NCBI GenBank assembly: GCA_031417995.1
Contig: JANOWR010000093.1
Coordinates: 1,447-65,446 of the forward strand
Direction: 5' to 3'
Origin: Polaromonas sp.
Lineage (GTDB): Bacteria; Pseudomonadota; Gammaproteobacteria; Burkholderiales; Burkholderiaceae_C
Length of the DNA stretch: 64,000 nucleotides
Shown here: positions 29,758 through 40,491 of the stretch, piece after piece
Layout: every line of letters starts with the position of its first letter
Position numbering within the stretch: the first letter of the stretch is position 1
Notes under the pieces: generated by a model
Told to the model about the DNA's origin: nothing
Database searches by the model: none
What the model saw: only the letters and a program-made list of their open reading frames with translations
Program-made: the position numbers and the translations under genes

Positions 29758-29876
29758 TACTATAAATTTAATAGCTGCTTGCGCCCGAATCGATTGGGCT
29801 ACAGGCATTTTTGATACCTGAAAAAGGCGATTTTTGCCTTCAAAAACCTCAATTCAGGTGATTTGCAGATGCGAAA
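29758..29876 (+). repeat. Right copy of 119-bp direct repeat
   Basis: 118/119 identical to 19851-19969. Confidence 0.95.
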
Positions 29877-29927
29877 GCACCTTTGACCCAAGTCGCGGTA
29901 TGCTGCATTTTTTAACCGGAGCCACTC

Positions 29928-30818
29928 ATGCAACTCAAAACTGCACAAGACTTTGACCAGGAACTGTTGATTTTGTTTGACGCCTACGTGCACGGCACGA
30001 TTGACCGCCGGGGCTTTTTAGACCGCGCACAAAAGTTTGCTGTGGGCGGCATGACAGCTGCCGGGCTGCTCGCCGCCCTGAGTCCCGACTTTGCCCGGGC
30101 CCAGGTCGTGCCCAAGGACGACAAACGCATCACCACTGAAATGCTTGACTACCCTTCAACGGCGGGTAACGGCACCGTCAAGGGCTACCTGGCCAAGCCC
30201 GCCAACATGACTGGCAAGCTGCCGGTGGTGCTGGTGATTCATGAAAACCGTGGCCTGAACCCACACATTGAAGACATCACCCGCCGCCTGGCGCTTGATA
30301 ATTTTGTGGCCTTTGCGCCTGACGCGCTGACCCCACTGGGCGGCTACCCCGGCGACGAAGACAAGGCACGCGAACAGTTTGCCAAGCTTGACCAGACCAA
30401 GGCGGCAGCAGACTTTGTAGCTGCTGCCAATTATTTAAAAAACCGGCCTGAGTCCAACGGCAAGCTGGGTGCCGTCGGTTTTTGCTATGGCGGCGGCATT
30501 GTGCACATGCTGTCTACCCGCATGCCCGAGCTGAATGCCGGCGTGCCGTTTTATGGCAACCACCCAGTCGCAACTGAAGCAGTCAAAGTCAAGGCGCCGC
30601 TGCTGATTCATTTTGCGGGTGTTGACGAACGCATCAACGCGGCCTGGCCCGCCTACGAGGCCGCTTTAAAAGCAGCCGGGGCCAACTACATCGCCCACCA
30701 GTACGCGGGTACCCAGCACGGCTTTAACAACGACACCACGCCACGCTTTGATGCGGCGGCAGCCAAGCTGGCCTGGGGCCGCACGCTGGAGTTTTTCAAT
30801 AAAACACTGCGAACCTGA
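29928..30818 (+). CDS. Dienelactone hydrolase family protein (YghX-like)
   Basis: DRRGFL Tat-like leader, IHENRGLNPHIED, GFCYGG, HGFNNDTT. Confidence 0.9.
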   Translation: MQLKTAQDFDQELLILFDAYVHGTIDRRGFLDRAQKFAVGGMTAAGLLAALSPDFARAQVVPKDDKRITTEMLDYPSTAGNGTVKGYLAKPANMTGKLPVVLVIHENRGLNPHIEDITRRLALDNFVAFAPDALTPLGGYPGDEDKAREQFAKLDQTKAAADFVAAANYLKNRPESNGKLGAVGFCYGGGIVHMLSTRMPELNAGVPFYGNHPVATEAVKVKAPLLIHFAGVDERINAAWPAYEAALKAAGANYIAHQYAGTQHGFNNDTTPRFDAAAAKLAWGRTLEFFNKTLRT

Positions 30819-30826
30819 ATCGTTGG

Positions 30827-31213
30827 TTAACCACCTGCCCGCTTGACGATGTAGCTTTGCTTTTGCAGGGCCGCCATGACAGTTGCCACATGGTCGCCTT
30901 GCACTTCAATCACGCCATCTTTGGCCGTGCCGCCTGAGCCGCAGGCCGTGCGCAGCTGCTTGCCCAGCGCGGCCAGTGCCAGGGCATCCAGCGGCAAGCC
31001 CTTGACAAGCGTTACGCTCTTACCGCCACGGCCCTTGGTTTCGCGTGACACGCGCACCACACCATCGGTTTTAGGCAGCGCCTGTACTTTGCAAATGCAG
31101 GCGGCCACGGCCTGGCGGCAGTCTGGGCACATGCGGCCTGTGTCGGTGGAGTAAACCAGGCCGCCCAGACCCGCCAGGCCACCAAAGCCAGTATTTGTTT
31201 GCTTATTTTTCAT
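30827..31213 (-). CDS. yciH: Translation initiation factor SUI1/YciH family
   Basis: LVYSTD, RETKGRGGKSVT, CGSGGTAKDGVIEVQGDH. Confidence 0.9.
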   Translation of the reverse strand: MKNKQTNTGFGGLAGLGGLVYSTDTGRMCPDCRQAVAACICKVQALPKTDGVVRVSRETKGRGGKSVTLVKGLPLDALALAALGKQLRTACGSGGTAKDGVIEVQGDHVATVMAALQKQSYIVKRAGG

Positions 31214-31268
31214 CAGATGTCATCAGGCTTTCGGGTTGTGTATTCTGACGCATGCAAAATCAACGTAC

Positions 31269-31862
31269 ATGACTGAACACCTCCCCACCCCCGACAAAGA
31301 GCAAATCAACCTGCTCGAAACCTTTGACCGCCTGGGCCTTGCCCAGATTGCGCTGGTGTCCACCCCCGAGCAAGCCGCCGCTGCACTACAGGCACTGCAA
31401 AGCGAAAGTGCGCTGGGCTTTGACACCGAATCAAAACCCACCTTTGCCAAAAACGAAGCCTCAACCGGGCCGCACATCGTTCAGTTGTCAACGCTGCACA
31501 AAGCCTGGATTTTTCAGCTTGAAGACGCGGCGTGCCGCAGCGCGGTGGGCGAACTGCTGGAGTCACCCGGCATCATCAAGGCGGGTTTTGGCCTGGGTGA
31601 TGACAAAAAACGCATCACCTACAAGCTCGGCGTTGACCTGCAAGGCGTGCTTGATTTGAACGCCGTGTTTCGCGAAAAAGGTTACCGCAAAGACATGGGT
31701 GTGCGCGGCGCTGTGGCGGTGATGTTCAACAAACGCTTTATCAAGTCTAAAAAAGCCAGCACCTCCAACTGGGCCAACACCCGGCTGACAGAAGCGCAAA
31801 TCATTTACGCCGCCAACGATGCCTATGCCGCCATGCGGGTGTATGCCGCGCTGGAGATTTAA
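31269..31862 (+). CDS. DEDDy 3'-5' exonuclease
   Basis: GFDTESKP, QLST, YAANDAY. Confidence 0.88.
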   Translation: MTEHLPTPDKEQINLLETFDRLGLAQIALVSTPEQAAAALQALQSESALGFDTESKPTFAKNEASTGPHIVQLSTLHKAWIFQLEDAACRSAVGELLESPGIIKAGFGLGDDKKRITYKLGVDLQGVLDLNAVFREKGYRKDMGVRGAVAVMFNKRFIKSKKASTSNWANTRLTEAQIIYAANDAYAAMRVYAALEI

Positions 31863-31932
31863 AAGCAGGGTTGGCAATGCTGCGCCGGGTCGTTAACATG
31901 TTTCCCTGCACATACAAGTCGCTGCCGCCATC

Positions 31933-33171
31933 ATGACTCAGCCGTCCATGCCCAAAAGTCCAGACCGCCAGGTTGGCATCACGCTCGCTGTCATTCAGCT
32001 TTTCTTCACCCTGACCTGGACGGTGTACGTCATCTTTTTGCCGCAACTGGCAGCGCAGGTGGGTTTGGCCAAAGACATGGTGCTGGTGATTTTGATGATG
32101 GACCAGCTGATTTTTTTGGTGGCTGATACCGCCATGGGGGTGATGGCTGACAAAGCAGCACGCGTGTTTGGCAAGCTGGGCCGCTGGGTGGTGCTGCTGA
32201 CGCTGGCATCTTGCGCAGCCTTTTTGCTGTTGCCTTGGGTAGCTTCAACCGGGCCGCAGGCGCAGTGGCTGTTTCTGGCGCTGACAGTTGTATGGTCAGT
32301 CACATCATCTGCATTGCGCGCGCCGCCTCTGGTGCTGCTGGGCAAGTATGCGGCATTGTCAGCTGTTCCCCGCTTGGCCAGTGTGTCGTTGATTGGCCTG
32401 GGCATTGCGGGGGCGATGGCACCTTACCTCACGGTGGCCTTGCGCGGTATTGACCCGCGCTGGCCGTTTGCTTTGTCCAGTCTGTCATTGGTGCTGGTCA
32501 CATTTGGTATTGTGTGGGCAGAGCGCGCGTTAAAAAACGGCGCTGTAGCAGCCAGTAAAACTGTGCCCGAGCAAACGAGAGATTTTGCAAGCAAGCCGCC
32601 CATGGCCCCGTTTCTGGCTGCCATGGCTTTGCTGGGCATGGGTTTTCAAATTCATTCGTCACTTAATTCTGCGCCGCAGTATTTGCGCTTTGTCAAGCCT
32701 GCTGATCTTGAATTTTTACTCCCGGTTTTCTGGGTTGGCTTTAGCGTGCTGATGCTGGTTGCCAGCCGATTGACTGCACGTTACGGCGGCTTGCTGGTGA
32801 TGGGCGTGGCCGGGTGTGTGGGGGCACTGGCCACTTATGCGGCCACCCTTGCTGGCACGCTTGAACTCTTGATGGCCGCACAGTTTGCAGCGGGTGGTGC
32901 CTGGGGTGTTTTGATGATGAGTGCGTATGCCAGCGCGCTGCTGATAGGCCGCACCGGGCGTGAAGGGCTGGTGACGGGCACCATGTTTTCACTGCTCGCG
33001 CTGGCCGCGTTTGCGCGCATGGCACTGGTGGCGGCACAGCTGAACAAGGATGCACAGTTTGCAGTGCTTCTGACCTGGCTGCCCACTGCCGCGTGGCTGG
33101 CTGCCGGGGCGCTGTTGATGGCGATGGGCTGGCTGTTGCGCGGCCCGCGCTTGCAGCGCATTAAAATTTGA
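31933..33171 (+). CDS. MFS-type transporter
   Basis: About 12 hydrophobic helices, G.MAD motif-A-like loop. Confidence 0.75.
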   Translation: MTQPSMPKSPDRQVGITLAVIQLFFTLTWTVYVIFLPQLAAQVGLAKDMVLVILMMDQLIFLVADTAMGVMADKAARVFGKLGRWVVLLTLASCAAFLLLPWVASTGPQAQWLFLALTVVWSVTSSALRAPPLVLLGKYAALSAVPRLASVSLIGLGIAGAMAPYLTVALRGIDPRWPFALSSLSLVLVTFGIVWAERALKNGAVAASKTVPEQTRDFASKPPMAPFLAAMALLGMGFQIHSSLNSAPQYLRFVKPADLEFLLPVFWVGFSVLMLVASRLTARYGGLLVMGVAGCVGALATYAATLAGTLELLMAAQFAAGGAWGVLMMSAYASALLIGRTGREGLVTGTMFSLLALAAFARMALVAAQLNKDAQFAVLLTWLPTAAWLAAGALLMAMGWLLRGPRLQRIKI

Positions 33172-33199
33172 CCTTCATTTCTTTATTGGGGACCTTTTC

Positions 33200-33841
33200 A
33201 TGCTCACACTCTGCGGCTTTCCTGTCTCAAATTACTACAACAAAGTCAAACTCGCCCTGCTCGAAAAAAACATACCTTTTGCTGAAGAGTTTGTCACGCC
33301 CAAGACTGTCGATGCCGCAGCGCTTGCTGCTTCACCCCTTGGCAAAATTCCGTTCATTCGTACGCCGCAGGGCACGCTGTGCGAGAGCCAGGCCATTCTT
33401 GACTACCTTGAATCGGCCTACCCCACGCCCTCGCTTTTACCAACTGATGCATATGCAGCAGCCAAGGTGCGGGAGTTGATCACCTACATCGACCTGCACG
33501 TAGAACTGGTGGCACGCGAGCTGTATGCGCAAGCGTTTTTTGGCGGTGTGGTGAGTGAAGGCACCCAGGCGCGGGTGCGCAAACAGCTTGAGAAAAACAT
33601 CGCTGCGCTCAAGTCACTCATCAAGTTTGCGCCTTACGCAGCAGGGGACATGTTTACCCAGGCCGACTGTGCCGCGTTTGCTTCATTGCCGTTGGTGGGC
33701 ATGGCGACCAAGGCGATTTATGGTGAAGACCTGCTTTTGACAGGCGGCGTGGACTACAAGGCTTACATCAAAATGATTGGCGAGCGGCCAAGCGCACAAA
33801 AAGTACTGGCAGACCGTAAGGCGACTACCGCAAAACCATAA
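33200..33841 (+). CDS. Glutathione S-transferase
   Basis: SNYYNKV, SPLGKIPF, ESQAILDYL, FTQAD. Confidence 0.9.
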   Translation: MLTLCGFPVSNYYNKVKLALLEKNIPFAEEFVTPKTVDAAALAASPLGKIPFIRTPQGTLCESQAILDYLESAYPTPSLLPTDAYAAAKVRELITYIDLHVELVARELYAQAFFGGVVSEGTQARVRKQLEKNIAALKSLIKFAPYAAGDMFTQADCAAFASLPLVGMATKAIYGEDLLLTGGVDYKAYIKMIGERPSAQKVLADRKATTAKP

Positions 33842-33867
33842 CGACGTCTGCATGGCATCAATAATTA

Positions 33868-33935
33868 GCTATTAAAAAAATAGCTGCTTGCACCCGAATC
33901 TATTGGGCTACAAGCTTAAAAAGCATCTGAAAAAT
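33868..33935 (+). repeat. Dispersed repeat copy between convergent GST and dusA
   Basis: GCTATTAAAAAAATAGCTGCTTGCACCCGAATCTATTGGGCTACAAGC. Confidence 0.88.
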
Positions 33936-33977
33936 GCCTTTTTTGCTGTTTTTATAGCTTTTTTTGGATGAATGAGC

Positions 33978-35003
33978 TTATGCAAACTGCTGCACAGGCT
34001 CTTCAAGCTGCGTTTTATCCGCCCGGTGCGCCAGCGCCATCACCTCCAGCGGATGCAATCCCTTGAGCTTGTGGTCGCTCCACATCCTGCGCCAGCCTCT
34101 AGAGCCGGGCAGGCCGTGGCGCAGGCCCAGCATGTGCCTGGCAATGGCACTCCACGGCGTACCGTGCTCTGCCAATTCTCGCGCCATGTAGTCGCACATC
34201 TGCGCCTCGACATCTTCACGCGTCAGGGTTGCGGGCACTTCTCCAAAAAATTCAGCGTCCCACGAGGCCATCAACCACGGGTTGTGGTACGCCTCACGGC
34301 CCAGCATCACACCGTCGAGTTGCTGCAACTGTTCGGTGATTTGCGTGTTGGTGGTGATGCCGCCATTGATGGCGATGTTCAAGTGCGGAAAGTCACGCTT
34401 GAGCTGATGCACCAGTGCGTAGCGCAGCGGCGGCACTTCGCGGTTTTCTTTCGGGCTCAGACCTTTCAGCCAGGCGCTGCGGGCGTGCACGATGAAGGTG
34501 TTGCAGCCGGCCAGGCTCACAGCGCCTACAAAGTCGCGTACAAAGTCATAACTTTCAACTTTATCAATGCCAATGCGGTGCTTGACGGTGACGGGAACGC
34601 TCACCACATCCACCATCGCCTTCACGCAATCAGCCACCAGTTGCGGTTCGGCCATCAGGCAGGCACCGAAAGCACCGCGCTGTACCCGCTCGCTGGGGCA
34701 ACCGCAGTTCAGGTTGATCTCGTCATAACCCCACTGCTCACCCAGTTTGGCGCAGTGGGCCAGATCAGTTGGTTCACTGCCGCCCAACTGCAAGGCGACT
34801 GGGTGCTCCTGGTCGTTAAACCGCAGATGCCGCGCCACATCGCCATGCACCAGCGCGCCAGTGGTCACCATCTCGGTGTACAGCAGGGCATGACGGCTGA
34901 GCAGGCGGTGCAAAAAGCGGCAATGCCTGTCGGTCCAGTCCATCATGGGCGCAACGGACAAGCGCCAGGGACTGATTTCAGATGTTGAAGATAACGATGA
35001 CAT
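33978..35003 (-). CDS. dusA: tRNA-dihydrouridine(20/20a) synthase
   Basis: VAPMMDWTDRHCR, NLNCGCPSERVQ, GREAYHNP; ATG 35003 preferred. Confidence 0.95.
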   Translation of the reverse strand: MSSLSSTSEISPWRLSVAPMMDWTDRHCRFLHRLLSRHALLYTEMVTTGALVHGDVARHLRFNDQEHPVALQLGGSEPTDLAHCAKLGEQWGYDEINLNCGCPSERVQRGAFGACLMAEPQLVADCVKAMVDVVSVPVTVKHRIGIDKVESYDFVRDFVGAVSLAGCNTFIVHARSAWLKGLSPKENREVPPLRYALVHQLKRDFPHLNIAINGGITTNTQITEQLQQLDGVMLGREAYHNPWLMASWDAEFFGEVPATLTREDVEAQMCDYMARELAEHGTPWSAIARHMLGLRHGLPGSRGWRRMWSDHKLKGLHPLEVMALAHRADKTQLEEPVQQFA

Positions 35004-35118
35004 ACGGGTATTTTCCCAGATACAGGAACGCGCGAGCTTCGTCGTCCCCCGGTCATCATCAGCCGCTATCGTCCGACAGCCAACAACAGCATTTGCTGAT
35101 GGCCTCAAGGAGCAGGCC

Positions 35119-35559
35119 ATGCGTCAATCAATAATTACATTTTTAAAAAGAGCTGCCATGAAAAAATTTGAACTGACTCCCGATATGTTGACCATGAGCG
35201 GCACTTTTTACCCGAATGGTTATGCCTTCATCATGTTCCCCAACGCGATGATGGCCGAGCGCGCTGCGCTTGAAATAGCTAATTTACCGTTTGGCGACAG
35301 CGTCATGCTTCTGAATGCGGCAACTGTGCTGCGTGACATCGGCAAGGTTGAAGGCGACTCTGACATCGTTCTGCCCTCGGTTGGCACAGAAGGCGCTACC
35401 GTGCGCAAATATGTTGACTGGGCGCGCAAGGGCCATTGCGCATTGATGGTCAAGGTTGATTCAGACGAGGAAACCGAGCTGGTGATGCAAGCGGCCAGAC
35501 AGGCATCTTTTTCATACGGCCAGCGCTATCACTTGCTGGCTATGGAAGATCTGGAATAA
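35119..35559 (+). CDS. Conserved hypothetical protein
   Basis: AGGAG RBS before ATG 35119 (alternative 35158); FYPNGY...RYHLLAMEDLE; function unknown. Confidence 0.65.
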   Translation: MRQSIITFLKRAAMKKFELTPDMLTMSGTFYPNGYAFIMFPNAMMAERAALEIANLPFGDSVMLLNAATVLRDIGKVEGDSDIVLPSVGTEGATVRKYVDWARKGHCALMVKVDSDEETELVMQAARQASFSYGQRYHLLAMEDLE

Positions 35560-35618
35560 ACGCATCTGCCTTTCGGTAACATGGCCGCAGACCATGTTCG
35601 CCTTTTAAGGATTTGCTG

Positions 35619-36353
35619 ATGACTGACCTGCCCAAGCTTGACCTTTATTACTGGCCCACACCCAACGGCTGGAAGATTTCCATCATGCTTGAGGAGTGCG
35701 GCTTGCCCTACAACTTCGTGCCCATCAACATTGGCAAGGGCGAGCAGTTCACGCCAGAATTTTTGGCCATCAGCCCGAACAACCGCATGCCCGCCATCGT
35801 GGACCACGCCCCCACTGGCGGCGGTGCACCCATCGCGGTGTTTGAAAGCGGCGCCATCTTGCAGTACCTGGCTGACAAAACCGGGCGATTTTTACCCACT
35901 GACCTGCGTGGCCGCTACCAAACCCTGCAATGGCTGATGTGGCAGATGGGTGGGCTGGGGCCGATGGCCGGGCAAAACGGGCATTTTTTACTTTACGCGC
36001 CTGAAAAAATTGCCTACGCCATAGACCGCTACAGCAAGGAAGTGGATCGCCTGTATGGCGTTCTCAATGCGCAGCTGGGTGCAACCCAAGCTTATGTTGC
36101 GGGCAGTGACTATTCGATTGCCGACATGGCGATTTTCCCGTGGGTACGCACACACAAGGCGCAGCAGGTTGACCTGAACAAATTTGCGTATGTGCAGCGC
36201 TGGTACAACGCCATGTTTGACAGGCCAGCCGTCAAACGCGGGCTTGACGTGGGCAAAGAGCTGCGGGCCCCCGCATTGACCGAGGACGCACGCAAGGCGC
36301 TGTTTGGTCAAACCTCTGCCAGCGTTCAAACCGGAGCCCACAAGCATGATTGA
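35619..36353 (+). CDS. GST-family disulfide oxidoreductase (YfcG-like)
   Basis: TPNGWK, SPNNRMPAI, FESGAILQYLA, YSIADMA. Confidence 0.9.
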   Translation: MTDLPKLDLYYWPTPNGWKISIMLEECGLPYNFVPINIGKGEQFTPEFLAISPNNRMPAIVDHAPTGGGAPIAVFESGAILQYLADKTGRFLPTDLRGRYQTLQWLMWQMGGLGPMAGQNGHFLLYAPEKIAYAIDRYSKEVDRLYGVLNAQLGATQAYVAGSDYSIADMAIFPWVRTHKAQQVDLNKFAYVQRWYNAMFDRPAVKRGLDVGKELRAPALTEDARKALFGQTSASVQTGAHKHD

Positions 36354-36960
36354 TTTTTACTTTGATGTGTCCAGCCCCTGGACTTACCTTGCGTTTCGCA
36401 ACATTCAGCCAATGGCCAAAGAGCTGGATGTGACCATCAACTGGCGGCCCGTGCTGGTGGGCGGTATTTTCAACACCGTGAACCAGCGCATGTACGCCTC
36501 GCGTGAAGACAGTACCTCCCCGCGCAACCGTTACATGCTGAAAGACCTGCAAGATTGCGCGAGGCAAACAGGCATAACCATCGTTTTTCCGCCCAAGGTG
36601 TTTCCAGTCAACAGCGTCAAGGCGATGCGCGGTTGCATCTGGCTGGCGCGTGATGCAAAAAGTCAAGGCCTCTACATGGGCTTTGTTGAAGCTGTTTTTG
36701 CAGCTTACTTCACGCGGCAAGAAGACATTTCACAAGACGCCGTGCTGGCCAGCATTTGCCGCCAGACCGGTGTAGATGCCGATGCTTTCATGGCAGGCAT
36801 TGGCCAGCCAGACATCAAGGAAGCCCTCAAAGCCAACACGGATGAAGCTATTCAGCGCGGTGCTTTTGGTGTGCCCAGCTTTTTTGTCGGCGACGACATG
36901 TACTTTGGCAACGACAGGCTTGAGCTGCTGCGCCTGGCAGTATTAAGGGCTAAAGGTTGA
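36346..36960 (+). CDS. 2-hydroxychromene-2-carboxylate isomerase/DsbA-family protein
   Basis: FYFDVSSPWTY, RGAFGVPSF, FGNDRL. Confidence 0.88.
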   Translation: MIDFYFDVSSPWTYLAFRNIQPMAKELDVTINWRPVLVGGIFNTVNQRMYASREDSTSPRNRYMLKDLQDCARQTGITIVFPPKVFPVNSVKAMRGCIWLARDAKSQGLYMGFVEAVFAAYFTRQEDISQDAVLASICRQTGVDADAFMAGIGQPDIKEALKANTDEAIQRGAFGVPSFFVGDDMYFGNDRLELLRLAVLRAKG

Positions 36961-36963
36961 GGG

Positions 36964-37755
36964 CTAAAGCTCGCTCAATTTAGCTGGGCGACTTTCGTCA
37001 GACTGAATGAACGAGTCCTCCCACTGCGTCTTGAAGCGGCCTGATTTGTTCGCATCAAAAGCGCCCGTGCCGTCTGGGTTAAACCCGGCCGGTTGCCGCG
37101 CTGGCAAAGGCTTGAGCGCATCGTTGGTGTTCAGCTCTTTCAGTGCCGCCGCTTTGGCCGCCAGCCTTTTTTCTTTGGTAAAACTGTCCAGGTCTGCATG
37201 AAAACTGCTGTTGCCGCCACGCGTGGCCTGCGCCTCGACCTGGTCCTCAATCTCCAGTTCGCCTAAAAACGCAGCCCGCATGGCGCTGGCTTTGGGCAGC
37301 TTGACACTGCGAACCACGGTATATGCGATGCGGCAGTCTGACAGCAATGACTCTTTGAGCTCACGGTTGGTTTTGCTCAAGCCGCGCTTGCCCGGCACGT
37401 CGACACAGCCGACCACGTTGCCGTTGTAAGTGCAAACAGTGAAGGTGCAATAAACGCCCTCCAGCAGTTGTTGCCAACGCGCACCGCCACCATTTTTGTC
37501 TTTGCTGACCGGCATGGTGAAACGCAGCACAGGCAGCTTGACCATGACCAGATGGTCATGAAACGTGTTGCGCAACCACTTGAACACTTCATGCTCTTCG
37601 TTGGTAATCAACACCCGCGATGTGAGTGGCCAGGTATCGGGCATGCGCATGCTGCCATTGGCTTTGGCGCGTAGCCACAAGGCGTAGGCAACAGCGCCCA
37701 CCAGCAAGCCAGGCACCAGCCCCATACAGATCGTGAGGAATGTTGACAGGTTCAA
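36964..37755 (-). CDS. DUF2726-like membrane-anchored protein
   Basis: N-terminal TM, WPL..R.L, downstream CTFTVC..VGCVD; family call tentative. Confidence 0.6.
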   Translation of the reverse strand: MNLSTFLTICMGLVPGLLVGAVAYALWLRAKANGSMRMPDTWPLTSRVLITNEEHEVFKWLRNTFHDHLVMVKLPVLRFTMPVSKDKNGGGARWQQLLEGVYCTFTVCTYNGNVVGCVDVPGKRGLSKTNRELKESLLSDCRIAYTVVRSVKLPKASAMRAAFLGELEIEDQVEAQATRGGNSSFHADLDSFTKEKRLAAKAAALKELNTNDALKPLPARQPAGFNPDGTGAFDANKSGRFKTQWEDSFIQSDESRPAKLSEL

Positions 37756-37890
37756 AATGGTTCCCTATGTGTAGGCCAACTTGCTATGCGTGATACGCCA
37801 TGTATCCATATTAATACTTTGCATCACAATCACAGCGCTTGTTACCAGCGGTTTCAACTGCTGCATGCAGGCTTTGCGAGGGTGCTGCCC

Positions 37891-39078
37891 CTACAACAGC
37901 GCCCGGACGCGAATCACATGCGCCACCGCTTCAATTGCGGTCACCACATCTGCACCCGGTTGGCTTTCAACGTCGATGATGTTGAAGGCCAGCTCGCCTC
38001 GGCTTTTGTTCATCATGTCGATGACGTTGACCTTTTTATCAGCCAGCACCGACAGCACATGGCCCAGCACGCCCGAGGTGTTGTGGTTTGAAAAGGTGAT
38101 ACGTGAGGTACCTGGCGTGCGTGTCATGTTGACAGCCGGAAAGTTCACCGAGTTGGTGATATTGCCGCTTTCCAGGTAGTCCATCAACTGGTTGGCAGCC
38201 ATCACGGCGCAGTTTTCTTCAGACTCTTCGGTGCTGGCACCGATGTGCGGCATGGCGATGACGTTGGGGTGGTTCAGCAGCAGTGGCTCGGGGAAATCGC
38301 AGACGTATTTGCCCAGCTTGCCTTTGCTAAGGCTGCGTTCAATAGCGTTTGAATCCACAATCGTTTCACGTGCAAAGTTCAGCAGCACCGCGCCGGGCTT
38401 CATCAAGGCCAGTGCCTCGTCATTGATCAAATGTTTGGTCGCATCCATGGCGGGTACGTGCAGAGAAATATAGTCAGCCCTTGCCAGCAGCGCCTGCAAA
38501 TTCTCCATGCGCGTGACTTCATTGGACAGGCGCCAGGCCGCGTCAATTGACAGCGCCGGGTCAAACCCCACCACCTTCATGCCCATGGCCAACGCCATGT
38601 CGGCCACCATCGAGCCAATCGCGCCCAGACCCACAATGCCCAGCGTCTTGCCCTTGATCTCGCCACCGGCAAAGCGGGCTTTTTCTTTTTCCAACAGGGT
38701 AGACATCTCCGCCGCGTCCGTCATGGTCGTCAGTGAATTGACATACGCCATGCCCGGCAAAATACCGCGCGTGGCCAGCAGCATGCCCGCCATCACCAGT
38801 TCTTTGACGGCATTGGCGTTGGCCCCCGGCGTGTTGAACACCACAATGCCGCGCTTGCTGTAATCCGCAATCGGCACGTTGTTGACACCAGCCCCTGCAC
38901 GCGCGGCAGCTAGCAGTGACTTGGGCACTTCAATATCAGCCAGCTTTTGGCTGCGCAACAAGAATGCATCGGGCTGGCTGATGTCGCTGCCGACTTCGTA
39001 GGACTGGCGCGGGAAACGCTCCAAGCCCTTGATGGAGATCTGGTTGTAGGTTCTGACCTTATGCATGACGGTGCTCAA
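37891..39078 (-). CDS. serA: D-3-phosphoglycerate dehydrogenase with C-terminal ACT domain
   Basis: [25 protein letters not shown]; downstream of serC. Confidence 0.9.
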   Translation of the reverse strand: MSTVMHKVRTYNQISIKGLERFPRQSYEVGSDISQPDAFLLRSQKLADIEVPKSLLAAARAGAGVNNVPIADYSKRGIVVFNTPGANANAVKELVMAGMLLATRGILPGMAYVNSLTTMTDAAEMSTLLEKEKARFAGGEIKGKTLGIVGLGAIGSMVADMALAMGMKVVGFDPALSIDAAWRLSNEVTRMENLQALLARADYISLHVPAMDATKHLINDEALALMKPGAVLLNFARETIVDSNAIERSLSKGKLGKYVCDFPEPLLLNHPNVIAMPHIGASTEESEENCAVMAANQLMDYLESGNITNSVNFPAVNMTRTPGTSRITFSNHNTSGVLGHVLSVLADKKVNVIDMMNKSRGELAFNIIDVESQPGADVVTAIEAVAHVIRVRALL

Positions 39079-40190
39079 GCGGTGACTTCGTTAAAAGCCC
39101 AGGTCAACCACGGCATCAAGGCCTTCAAATTCGCAGCTTCGACCGTCGCGCCGCACCAGATGCGCAGCCCGGCGGGCGCGTCCTTGTACGCGCCAATGTC
39201 GTAAGCCACGCCTTCAGCGTCCAGTAGCTTGACCATTTTCTTCACATCATCTGGCGTCAAAGTTAGCACCAAGCAGACACTGGTGTTCGAACGAGTTGCC
39301 TTGTCGCGTGCCAAAAAAGATATCCAGTCATTTGCAGCCACAAAATCTTCAATGACTTTGAGGTTCGCTTCGCTTCTGGCTATCGTTCCCTTTACACCAC
39401 CAATGCTTTCAACCCACTGCAGCGCATCCAGGTAGTCAGACACACACAGCATCGACGGCGTGTTGATGGTCTCGCCTTTGAACAAACCTTCAGTCACCTT
39501 GCCGCCCGACTTCATTCGAAACACCTTGGGCATCGGCCACGGTGGGCTGTATTCCTCAAGCCTTTGAATCGCGCGTGGGCTCATGATCAACATGCCGTGC
39601 GCACCTTCACCGCCCAGCACTTTTTGCCATGAATAAGTCACCACGTCCAGCTTGTCCCACGGCATGTCCATTGCAAACACGGCCGATGTGGCGTCGCACA
39701 GCGTCAGGCCAGCACGGTTGGCAGGTATCCAGTTGCCGTCAGGCACCTTCACGCCAGACGTCGTACCGTTCCACACAAACACCACGTCGTTGTCAAAATT
39801 AACAGGTGCAAAGTCAGTGATGTCGCCATAGGCCGCCTTGAGGGTGTTGGTGTTGGGCAGCTTGAGCTGTTTGACAATGTCAGTCACCCAGCCAGCGCTG
39901 AAAGATTCCCACTCCAGCACATCAACGCCACGCGGCCCCAGCAGCGACCACATCGCCATTTCAATCGCCCCCGTGTCAGACCCCGGCACCACAGCCACGC
40001 GGTACCCTTCCGGCAAACCCAGAATGCGAGCCGTCTCAGTACAAGCCAAACCCAGCGCCTTTTTACCCAAGGCAGAACGGTGCGACCGCCCCAGCGTGTC
40101 AAGCTGCAATTTGCTCACGTCATAACCCGGGCGCTTGGCGCACGGGCCTGATGAGAAGTTGGGGTTATTGGGTTTTAGGGTGGGTTGCAT
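39075..40190 (-). CDS. serC: Phosphoserine aminotransferase, SerC_2 (Methanosarcina/alphaproteobacterial) type
   Basis: [48 protein letters not shown]. Confidence 0.9.
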   Translation of the reverse strand: MQPTLKPNNPNFSSGPCAKRPGYDVSKLQLDTLGRSHRSALGKKALGLACTETARILGLPEGYRVAVVPGSDTGAIEMAMWSLLGPRGVDVLEWESFSAGWVTDIVKQLKLPNTNTLKAAYGDITDFAPVNFDNDVVFVWNGTTSGVKVPDGNWIPANRAGLTLCDATSAVFAMDMPWDKLDVVTYSWQKVLGGEGAHGMLIMSPRAIQRLEEYSPPWPMPKVFRMKSGGKVTEGLFKGETINTPSMLCVSDYLDALQWVESIGGVKGTIARSEANLKVIEDFVAANDWISFLARDKATRSNTSVCLVLTLTPDDVKKMVKLLDAEGVAYDIGAYKDAPAGLRIWCGATVEAANLKALMPWLTWAFNEVTA

Positions 40191-40335
40191 GTGGGTTTCT
40201 TGTTGAGTCTGTGAAGAATTTTCGGGACGTTTTGAATGCTGGATTGATTTGTTATCTTAGCAAGGGAGGGGTGGGTGTCGGGCGGCTCTCGAATACGCGG
40301 GAGTAGTCGACGGATGAATTGGTATCCTGGTGCAG

Positions 40336-40365
40336 GTCGGGTTACGCTACGCTAACCCGACTTAC
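40336..40365 (-). repeat. GTAG-type REP-like hairpin
   Basis: GTCGGGTTA-CGCTACGC-TAACCCGAC-TTAC. Confidence 0.85.
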
Positions 40366-40491
40366 AGGGCTGAGATAGGAAGATGATGTTAAACATTGCT
40401 TGCACGACCTGACTAAGCGGTCCGTTCTTGCTTTGATTCATATGCTGGCTTTATTAATTTTTTGCTATTCAAATGTTCACAGGAGGAATCT

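Larger units (their letters stand above)
19851..29876. mobile_element. Direct-repeat-bounded defence-type island, no integrase
   Basis: 119-bp direct repeats 9907 bp apart enclose six co-oriented RM/helicase-associated genes. Confidence 0.65.

Noticed and set aside
33978-35003. dusA as the integration site of an island
   Set aside because: dusA is a known hotspot, but the gene looks intact with no adjacent integrase or duplicated fragment.
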